DNA from: a virus | Lineage: Duplodnaviria; Heunggongvirae; Uroviricota; Caudoviricetes | Virus record (IMG/VR): IMGVR_UViG_3300032167_005013 | DNA: 64,000 nucleotides | Strand: one strand, 5' to 3' | Part shown: piece after piece, positions 56,789 through 64,000 of the stretch | Position numbering within the stretch: position 1 is the stretch's first letter | How the letters are laid out: every line of letters begins with the position of its first letter | Notes under the pieces: model-generated | What the model was told of the DNA's origin: nothing | Databases searched by the model: none | Seen by the model: only the letters and a program-made list of their open reading frames with translations | Position numbers and translations under genes: made by a program

Positions 56789-58483
56789 TTAATATTCGCC
56801 ACAGTCAATTGTCATGTTAGAAAAATCAATCGCTACTGCAGTACCTGTCTTAACGGCACTTACACCTGTAAGATTAGATACTGTAACACTCTGAACGGCT
56901 GTATCTGCGGTTGATTTAACACCTACAAGAGCATCAGCCGATGCAATATCATTTTCAGCAACATTTACAGCTGTAACCTTACCATCTTGCTCAATAACCT
57001 CAACAGCAACGTGCTTACCACTTGCAACAGTAGCAGTACCTGCTGTAGCATCAAGTGCTCCTATTGCGTCGCTAATCTGAGTTGCAACTGGAGTCTCGCC
57101 TACGAGCCCCTGAAGACCTGTAATTGCTGTTGCATTATTATCAGCCTTTGTCTGAGCAGCGGTTATTGCAGCCTGAATTGAACCCTGTGTAGTATATCCT
57201 GATGTTACTTTCTTAAGATTGTCGATATCACTAACCATCTGCGCTGATGAAGTTTCATCACTGGAAATCCAAGCAGCGATTTCTTGCAATGTATCAAAAT
57301 CTTCTGGTGCCTCAGCAATAACCTTCGCAACCTCTGCAGCGGCAATTTCACGAGCAGACATATCTTCATCGTCACCTACGAGTGTATTAACTTTTGTCTG
57401 AAGGGCTGAAAGGTCATCTGAAGTAGCGAACTCACTCATATCCTCAGTTACTGTAACACCTGTGATAACGCCATCAAGCTGGTCAACTTTAACTGTTACA
57501 TGAGCACTTGAACCTGTTTCAGATGCATCAAGTCCCCCTATTGCGTTGCTAATCTGAGTTGCAACTGCAGTGTCGCCTACAAGTTCCTCAAGAGCATCAA
57601 TTGCATCCGCATTGTCATCGGCTTTCTTATCAACAGCGCTAATTTGGCCATTAAGGGCTGTTGTAGTTGCAGTTATTGCAGAATCAACATAAGTTTTAGC
57701 ACTCGCAATTGCGTTACTCTCAGCATTATCCCATGCGTTAACCTTTGCTGATGTAATACCATCAATAACACCCTTATTATCATGGGTATGTGCAGATGAT
57801 TCAAGTGCTTCAATCTTTGTGCCGTGTCCTGCAATATTAGCAGTATTTGCACTAATTGCTGCAGTATTTGCACTAATTGCGGCAGTATTATCAGCAACGT
57901 CCTTTACGAGACCATCAGTACTGTCACCCACAAGTGCTTCGAGGTCAGATACACGACTTGTAAGGGTTTCGCCAGAACCTGCACCAACACCTACAGCAGC
58001 CTGAAGTTCTGCGATATCAGCCTCATTGTCCCCAACGCGAGTTCCGAGAGCGGTTAAATCAGCACCCTTAGCGAACTCACTCATATCCTCAGTTACTGTA
58101 ACACCTGTGATTTTACCACCAGCCTGGTCAACCTTAACTGTCACATGAGTACTGTTTCCTGAAGTACTTCCACTAAGAGCGGCAATATCAGCCTTTGTTG
58201 CTGCGCTGCTATCTCTGAAAGTTTCGAGAGCAGTAACTTTACCCTCTGCAGCACTTAAACGAGTATCAATTCCATTTACGTTATTTGAAATTGCACTTGT
58301 TAAACCCGTTACCTTATCAAGTGAAGGTATGTATACAAGAGCATCACCTGCGCTTGTCAATACAGCCAACTCAGTATCAGCCTTTGTTGCAGCATTACGT
58401 ACCGCAATCTCACCAAGATTAAGTTTTGTAGCATCGGCGAGTCGAGTCGTACCGTGTAAATGTATTAATGTTTGTCTTGCCAT
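56789..58483 (-). CDS. tail fibre protein with a 215-aa internal duplication and a 7-aa tandem repeat (AISANTA)
   Basis: exact 41-nt repeat at 57425-57466 and 58071-58111; N-terminus similar to the 18218..18568 product. Confidence 0.55.
   Translation of the reverse strand: MARQTLIHLHGTTRLADATKLNLGEIAVRNAATKADTELAVLTSAGDALVYIPSLDKVTGLTSAISNNVNGIDTRLSAAEGKVTALETFRDSSAATKADIAALSGSTSGNSTHVTVKVDQAGGKITGVTVTEDMSEFAKGADLTALGTRVGDNEADIAELQAAVGVGAGSGETLTSRVSDLEALVGDSTDGLVKDVADNTAAISANTAAISANTANIAGHGTKIEALESSAHTHDNKGVIDGITSAKVNAWDNAESNAIASAKTYVDSAITATTTALNGQISAVDKKADDNADAIDALEELVGDTAVATQISNAIGGLDASETGSSAHVTVKVDQLDGVITGVTVTEDMSEFATSDDLSALQTKVNTLVGDDEDMSAREIAAAEVAKVIAEAPEDFDTLQEIAAWISSDETSSAQMVSDIDNLKKVTSGYTTQGSIQAAITAAQTKADNNATAITGLQGLVGETPVATQISDAIGALDATAGTATVASGKHVAVEVIEQDGKVTAVNVAENDIASADALVGVKSTADTAVQSVTVSNLTGVSAVKTGTAVAIDFSNMTIDCGEY
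57840..57895 (-). repeat. 21-nt tandem repeat (gcagtatttgcactaattgcY, about 2.6 copies)
   Basis: seen in sequence; encodes AISANTAAISANTA. Confidence 0.7.
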
Positions 58484-58502
58484 ATATATATGTTATTTAA
58501 TT

Positions 58503-58994
58503 TTATATTTCATATAATTTCCAATCAATAGAATCCTTAACTACCCAACCTTCATTCAATACCGTTTGGATATGAGCGATTGCCCCCATATAAAATTCCT
58601 GAAGTTCATTCAGGTCTTCAAAAACATGATATTCAGGAGAAGTTGTTTCACCGAACTTAAACTTTAAAGGGAGTGTTGCACCATTAGTCTGCACTGCAAG
58701 GTCATATGCTGCCTTATAATTAAACTGATTTTCAGAAGAAAGCCATATATTATATCCTTTCCATTGATAACCATCTAATATATTTTCTTCAACCTTGGTA
58801 TTGTAATAAGAGATGATAATATCCTTGATTTCAGATTCGCTTGGTTTATGATTAAAACAGAATTCTTCCCAAATCCCAAGATTAGTTTCCTTACCGTTCT
58901 TGAAAATTGGCTGATAATCCCATGCTACGATATACTTGTTTTTACCAACAACTTTAATTGGCTTGTATTCGTTCTTTCTGTTCTTAATTTTCAT
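58503..58994 (-). CDS. hypothetical protein
   Basis: 163-aa ORF. Confidence 0.45.
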   Translation of the reverse strand: MKIKNRKNEYKPIKVVGKNKYIVAWDYQPIFKNGKETNLGIWEEFCFNHKPSESEIKDIIISYYNTKVEENILDGYQWKGYNIWLSSENQFNYKAAYDLAVQTNGATLPLKFKFGETTSPEYHVFEDLNELQEFYMGAIAHIQTVLNEGWVVKDSIDWKLYEI

Positions 58995-59007
58995 ATCAAC
59001 AATAAAT

Positions 59008-59044
59008 AGTTATTAGAAACCGGATATTTTACAATCCGGTTTCA
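59008..59044. terminator. hairpin gaaaccggatattttacaatccggtttc followed by a T-run on the plus strand
   Basis: seen in sequence; the neighbouring genes are on the minus strand, so its role is unclear. Confidence 0.35.
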
Positions 59045-59052
59045 TTTTTTTA

Positions 59053-62000
59053 TTAAAAAACAATCTTTTTACCAAAAATATAATATTTCATGGTAGCCCC
59101 TCTATCATAAGCATTTCCATCAAAACACCATGCTGTTTCAGTTCCCTGAGTTTCAGAAGTCCAACATCCGGTAAAATCAATATCCGTATTTTCGGCAACA
59201 ACAAGCATTTCCTCATATGAAGGGATATAACCTTTTATTGTCTTATCGCCGAAATTATTGTTTACTGCAATTGCAAACATTTCATTCTCAGGGTCAGCAG
59301 CGAGAACTGCATTAGTATTTTTAAAGCCATTTGCTGACGACATCATGACATCATCAACATCAGTTCCTTCAATTGCAATCCCCTTAGAACCCCATGGCAT
59401 TGCCCCGCTTACAGTATCGATGTAATAATCAGTATCGGAAAGTTTCACACAAATGACACTACCCACTGTTTCAACACCTATTTCAGTTTCATAGACAATT
59501 TCAAAATCGCCTTCAAATGATGCAGGAATTGTATCAATAACAGTATTAAACTTTTTACCGCCCTCAGTTACGAAACCATTAGCCTTTACATTGAAATTAT
59601 TCATTGGGAGCGTAAAATACATGGTTTCGCCCGAATATATTCGACGGTATTCATGCCCCTTGTTATCAACAAGTTCAATAACAGTTCCATATGGAATATC
59701 TTGGTCACATACCAATGTTATTGCAATAGGTCGCACATAATTTGTGGTATCATTAGAAAGTAACATTGCCGACATCATAGGGTCACTATATATCTTATTA
59801 CCAATTGTGTTAACAACCAAACCATCAATACCTGTACCAATAGAGTTTTCGCCCCTATATTTAAATATAATTGAATCATCGTTTAATGCAATGTTCAATT
59901 TTTTATTGAAACCATTGTCTCTCTTGAAATTCATAATTTCATCACCATTACCATTGGTTATGACCGCCCAACGATAATCAGACTGTGACCACTGTCCCAT
60001 TTCCACGTTAACCGATGATGTATCTGAAAGCATTGAAAGGTCGAACTCCATAGAAGTATGTACTGGAGAACTAGAAGTTCCACCTTCAAGTTTACCATTT
60101 CTAATACCCTCAAAACGTTTATCATAGAACCATCCGTTAGTTGCCATCAGAGCCTTAACCGAGTCATCATAAACACCTTTAGTGAAGTTATATCCCTCAC
60201 CCGAGAAAAGCATTGAATTATCGCCAAGATAAATCGTAGTGTATTGACCCTCAACAATACCAACCACTTCTCCGTTCAAAGTAATATTCAAATCAGTAAT
60301 GATATCGTCAGTTGTATACTTATGGTAATCACTTTCCTGAGTAGTTTCAAGACCGCCAACCATAATTATATTGTTTTCATCTGCCGAAAGAATTGCGCCA
60401 TCCTTAATAATGCGTACGTATCCTTCACTGAAAAGATGGGATATTCTAACGAGTGGTGAGAGAAGATTAATCTCTTTACCATTATCATTCGAAACAAAAC
60501 CTGTCGAGAATGCTTCATAAGCCTCCGGTTTAACTATAATTTCATCCAACGTCACATTGAAGAAATCTCCATTTACTGTAGTAGGTGGGGTTAAACCATT
60601 GAACTTTAATGTTTTTAACTGATTTGACAACCAGAAAGAATTTCCTCCAATTGACTCCAATGTTGAAGGGAATGTAATGGTTTTCAAATTACTTACGGAA
60701 TAGAAAGTCGAACTTCCAATTGTTTTTATTCCTTCAGGTATAATACAATTAATAGGATAACCATTTTGATAGAAACACTTATCAGGTATTAACGTTTCAT
60801 TGCTTGCAAAGGCATAGTTATTCCCATAATTTGTGTTGGTGAATAAATTTGTTGATTTATTATTTGTTAAACAATTCAACTTTATGCTTTGTCCTTCTGA
60901 CCCTTCAAATATGTACTGTCCATTAAGGATAACATTTTCAGGTATAACAACATTGGCTTCTCTTCTATATTGCATTGAATAGCCACACGCATATACAGGA
61001 ACTGTGTTAATGATATTGGCTGACGCTGTATCTTTACCCAAACGGATAAGAGTTATTGAATCATCATTCACCTCATAGAGGGCACCATCATAAACCTGAC
61101 ATTTACTTGCCTTTGAAACTCCGTCATACTCTGAACCAAGGAAATTGATGTTACGACATCCCTGGAATGGGTTATTATCAACACCATAAACAATTTCGAG
61201 AGTATCAATTGATGGAACCGCAAAGTCAGTCAATAATTCGCAACCCCTGAAAGCATGCTTTCCAATATATTCACAGTTATTACCAAGTTCAAATTTCTTC
61301 AACTGAGTACAACCTTCACAAAGTTGGGCTCCTATATATTTAAATGACAGCGGTTTATAAGTAGGGTTCTTTTCCTCATCATACCCACTCTGTGCTCCAT
61401 AAATACTTTCGAGGGCTGTACAACCTGAGAACATCTTTGCATTTGCATAGAAGAAACTTGGTGGGAATGCCACTTCTCTCATTCCACTACACCCTGCAAA
61501 GAAACCTTCAGGAATAAGTACCTGATTTACATTACCCTCCTGTGGCATTTGTCCGATAAGAGAACTTGTAAAATATTGGAATTCAAGGAATGATGTAATT
61601 TCAGGGTGATTAGCAAAGATAGAAGTCTTCTTACCGCTATAATCCGTTTTAAGGAGTTGTTCAATGGTAACATTAGCAGCCTCCATCTTATTAAGTTTAC
61701 CATAACCAGTCTCATCTTCCACAATAATTCCCGCATCAACAAGAATGTTATAAACAGGGGCGTTCATTGCTTCAGTGATAATTGTATTAGGGTCCTTAAA
61801 CCCAATTTCTTTAGTGTTGACACAAAGTTCTAAACCATCATAATCCCTTGTTACTGTACACTGAACCATAACGACGCCATCAAAACCCGCAGGGGCCTGA
61901 ATGTATGCCATCTCCTTATCAGTGTCAGTAAGAGAAACCTTATTTGCATATCCACTTGAACCGCCTATAATCTCCCATTTTACAGAGAATATACCACGGC

Positions 62001-63987
62001 CTTCGAGTTCTTCATCATTAACTGATGAAGGGATGAAATCAATCCAAAGTTTATTCTTATCGTCATCATCATACAAATCCTTTAATGACATAATTGACAG
62101 TTCTGAAGGGTAGATACGTTTCTTAATTGGGATAGAAAGTTGGAGTGGTATTTCATTTTTCTCATCCTCATATTCTATTGAAAGATTCAAATATGTATAA
62201 TTGTTGTTGCTCTCCAATACTTTAATGGTGAAATAATCCCTCTTAAGATTATCAGTATTCATTGTAATAATACCTTCAGTAGCCTCAATAATTTTGTTTA
62301 CTGAAGTACCATCCTCCTCAATTTCGTTGACTGTTGCATAAACAGATATCTCACCACCAAGTTGTGTACCTACTGTTGTTACGTCAATACGGATATCGCC
62401 ATCACCTTCATAAATGTACGGAACCTCTGTCGCATAAACACCTGTATATGCCTTAATATACACTGCAGAACCTTCCTTGAAACAATCTACTCCAAAAATC
62501 GACTTAAGTTGCGCAATGTCATTGAAGGTAAGGTCTGACTTAATCTCAATATTACCACGAACGTTCAATGATGATAACTGCGACTTACCAATTCCCGCCA
62601 AAGAGAACAGTTTGTTATAGTTGGTTCTATCGAATACCCAATTGATACCCTGCAGATTAAGATTAACTTTGTTAAGTTCATTCCTATTGCTCTTAACAGC
62701 AACCCAATTCAATACAAAGTTGAAATCATTCATAAGGTTCCTACAATTGTCAATTGTAAGGTTATTCAATCTCGCAAATGTCGGGTCTTCTGATACAATA
62801 CCATCATAATAAATCATTGATGACCTAGTCAATGAAAGTGTTTCAGTTGTTGACGGTAGTTCTACATATTGCACAAGGCAACCATCCGCAAATGTAAAAT
62901 TGGCAATCGAAGTACCTTTTGCAAATACGTTGCGGATATTAAGAAGTTTGTTAAGTCCATCAAGTTTATCAATATTCCTGATGTTAGTTACGTCAAGAAC
63001 CTCAAGTTTCTCAGCAACATCAAGTCCACTGAATTTCATTGCAGTACCGTTGTTCACTAAATCAGTTCGTGTATGGTCACCAACAAGAATTTCTTTCATT
63101 TTGGTACCGACTGAAGGAGAATAGCAACCGGTAACGTCAATTTCAGTCAACGCACCAACGCAGCCACGAAGGTCAAATGTAGAAATATTCGCAGCACCCA
63201 TTAGTTCAAGATATGAACCGATATTGAATGCTGACGCAGTTCTGAAAGTATGATTTGTACCTGCAATAAGTGCAGTAGGAGTCATCTCCGTAATAACATT
63301 ATCATGGCCCCATGCATAATAAACAGGTTCACCTGATTTAATGGTAAACTCAGAGCCTGCAGGGAGGTTTGTTGAACGGAACTTAATAAGTGATGCCCTA
63401 AAGTTAGCATTAGCAAAACGACTGTCAAACACGTTGAAACGGCGTCCAAGCCACCATTTTCTATGAGCCGAACGAGAACCCTGCACGTCATAGAGATAAT
63501 CCTCATAAACGTGAGTTGCGGTGCCCTCTTTATCGACCTTCTGTGTCCATCCCTCTACATAAGTCTTAATATATTTAGTTTCAGCATCTTTATTATAAAT
63601 GCGCTCACACCACATATCAGATTGATTTGTGTCATATTCTCTCAATGCATTTGCGTATGAAAGGCTATAAAGAGGGTTTGAAGTTGAATCAGTAAGTTTG
63701 TTGTCAACCTCAGTCACATGTTCCATGAACTCAACATCAGCCTCAAGGTTGTTCCAAAGTGTAGACTCACGGCCCGCATATACATAACCAGTACCATCCT
63801 TAGTCTCACGAGTAATGTAAGGGTCGAAAACAAGACGACCATCATTCTTCACACCGAGAATTGTATCGTTGTCATAGTTGATGAAAAACCAAAGAGAAGG
63901 CAATGTTGAATTAGGGTCACTTGTATTAGGTCCTTCAGTTGTCAACATACTATTCTTCACGGTTTGGTCAACACCACCAAAACGCAT
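59053..63987 (-). CDS. giant virion or tail protein (more than 1644 aa, N-terminus beyond the window) with BspA-type leucine-rich repeats
   Basis: repeats such as FAGCSGMREVAFPPSFFYANAKMFSGCTALESI, EGCTQLKKFELGNNCEYIGKHAFRGCELL and LKTITFPSTLESIGGNSFWLSNQLKTLKF follow the LRR_5 (BspA) pattern. Confidence 0.55.
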   Translation of the reverse strand: MRFGGVDQTVKNSMLTTEGPNTSDPNSTLPSLWFFINYDNDTILGVKNDGRLVFDPYITRETKDGTGYVYAGRESTLWNNLEADVEFMEHVTEVDNKLTDSTSNPLYSLSYANALREYDTNQSDMWCERIYNKDAETKYIKTYVEGWTQKVDKEGTATHVYEDYLYDVQGSRSAHRKWWLGRRFNVFDSRFANANFRASLIKFRSTNLPAGSEFTIKSGEPVYYAWGHDNVITEMTPTALIAGTNHTFRTASAFNIGSYLELMGAANISTFDLRGCVGALTEIDVTGCYSPSVGTKMKEILVGDHTRTDLVNNGTAMKFSGLDVAEKLEVLDVTNIRNIDKLDGLNKLLNIRNVFAKGTSIANFTFADGCLVQYVELPSTTETLSLTRSSMIYYDGIVSEDPTFARLNNLTIDNCRNLMNDFNFVLNWVAVKSNRNELNKVNLNLQGINWVFDRTNYNKLFSLAGIGKSQLSSLNVRGNIEIKSDLTFNDIAQLKSIFGVDCFKEGSAVYIKAYTGVYATEVPYIYEGDGDIRIDVTTVGTQLGGEISVYATVNEIEEDGTSVNKIIEATEGIITMNTDNLKRDYFTIKVLESNNNYTYLNLSIEYEDEKNEIPLQLSIPIKKRIYPSELSIMSLKDLYDDDDKNKLWIDFIPSSVNDEELEGRGIFSVKWEIIGGSSGYANKVSLTDTDKEMAYIQAPAGFDGVVMVQCTVTRDYDGLELCVNTKEIGFKDPNTIITEAMNAPVYNILVDAGIIVEDETGYGKLNKMEAANVTIEQLLKTDYSGKKTSIFANHPEITSFLEFQYFTSSLIGQMPQEGNVNQVLIPEGFFAGCSGMREVAFPPSFFYANAKMFSGCTALESIYGAQSGYDEEKNPTYKPLSFKYIGAQLCEGCTQLKKFELGNNCEYIGKHAFRGCELLTDFAVPSIDTLEIVYGVDNNPFQGCRNINFLGSEYDGVSKASKCQVYDGALYEVNDDSITLIRLGKDTASANIINTVPVYACGYSMQYRREANVVIPENVILNGQYIFEGSEGQSIKLNCLTNNKSTNLFTNTNYGNNYAFASNETLIPDKCFYQNGYPINCIIPEGIKTIGSSTFYSVSNLKTITFPSTLESIGGNSFWLSNQLKTLKFNGLTPPTTVNGDFFNVTLDEIIVKPEAYEAFSTGFVSNDNGKEINLLSPLVRISHLFSEGYVRIIKDGAILSADENNIIMVGGLETTQESDYHKYTTDDIITDLNITLNGEVVGIVEGQYTTIYLGDNSMLFSGEGYNFTKGVYDDSVKALMATNGWFYDKRFEGIRNGKLEGGTSSSPVHTSMEFDLSMLSDTSSVNVEMGQWSQSDYRWAVITNGNGDEIMNFKRDNGFNKKLNIALNDDSIIFKYRGENSIGTGIDGLVVNTIGNKIYSDPMMSAMLLSNDTTNYVRPIAITLVCDQDIPYGTVIELVDNKGHEYRRIYSGETMYFTLPMNNFNVKANGFVTEGGKKFNTVIDTIPASFEGDFEIVYETEIGVETVGSVICVKLSDTDYYIDTVSGAMPWGSKGIAIEGTDVDDVMMSSANGFKNTNAVLAADPENEMFAIAVNNNFGDKTIKGYIPSYEEMLVVAENTDIDFTGCWTSETQGTETAWCFDGNAYDRGATMKYYIFGKKIVF

Positions 63988-64000
63988 AAGATAGATATAA

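Noticed and set aside
1-64000. tRNA genes or an alternative genetic code (as seen in some gut phages).
   Set aside because: No cloverleaf-like sequence with T-loop consensus was noticed in intergenic regions. Large ORFs (polymerase, SbcC, the giant protein) are uninterrupted under the standard code.

Overview
This window looks like a 64 kb stretch of an AT-rich dsDNA phage genome. No rRNA, tRNA or CRISPR array was recognised. Nearly every intergenic region carries TTTG-N16-TAnnTTTG(C) boxes, which match the known Bacteroidetes sigma-A promoter consensus, so a Bacteroidetes host is inferred.

Gene layout:
- 1-14.8 kb: a dense minus-strand array of small, early-looking genes. It includes a sigma-70 family factor, Zn-ribbon proteins, a DUF4326 protein, a PD-(D/E)xK nuclease, a metallophosphoesterase and a methyltransferase-like protein.
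- 15.6-37.5 kb: a minus-strand replication and auxiliary block. It holds an ABC-type ATPase, a family-B DNA polymerase encoded as two separate genes, an orphan Dam-type methyltransferase C-terminal half, a TnpB-only IS200/IS605-like element, a flotillin (SPFH) homologue, ClpP, an SbcD/Mre11 nuclease and a DnaG-like primase.
- Three receptor-binding-protein loci (18.2-22.5 kb plus strand; 37.5-43.5 kb minus; 54.7-58.5 kb minus) encode at least ten tail-fibre or tailspike paralogues. They share N-terminal domains and contain in-frame tandem repeats.
- 43.7-54.7 kb: a RuvC-like resolvase gene (43665-44480, minus strand) followed by a plus-strand block with an SbcC/Rad50 ATPase, a second sigma-70 family factor, an acidic protein and a lysis cassette (GH108 endolysin, a lipoprotein with a C-terminal transmembrane segment, small membrane proteins), ending in a T5orf172 protein.
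- 59.0-64.0 kb: the 5'-truncated end of a giant (more than 1644 aa) structural protein with BspA-type leucine-rich repeats.

The main discovery is that the family-B DNA polymerase is split inside catalytic motif C by a natural split intein. The N-half ends IVGD, followed by an intein N-part with block A (SFTPDTPLFI) and block B (TEDH). The C-half opens with a 34-aa intein C-part ending VISN, then TDGFNF. Splicing would restore GDTDG, i.e. motif C. The two halves are separated by about 4.6 kb that encodes an opposite-strand tailspike and fibre cassette.

Other points worth a second look: a G10 homopolymer inside a hairpin at the head of a fibre-proximal gene, an identical 36-nt hairpin at two distant sites, duplicated promoter and 5'UTR blocks, and an orphan promoter cut off by the IS element. 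Several ORF-track starts are TTG or GTG and were moved to the nearest ATG where checked; starts are otherwise uncertain.
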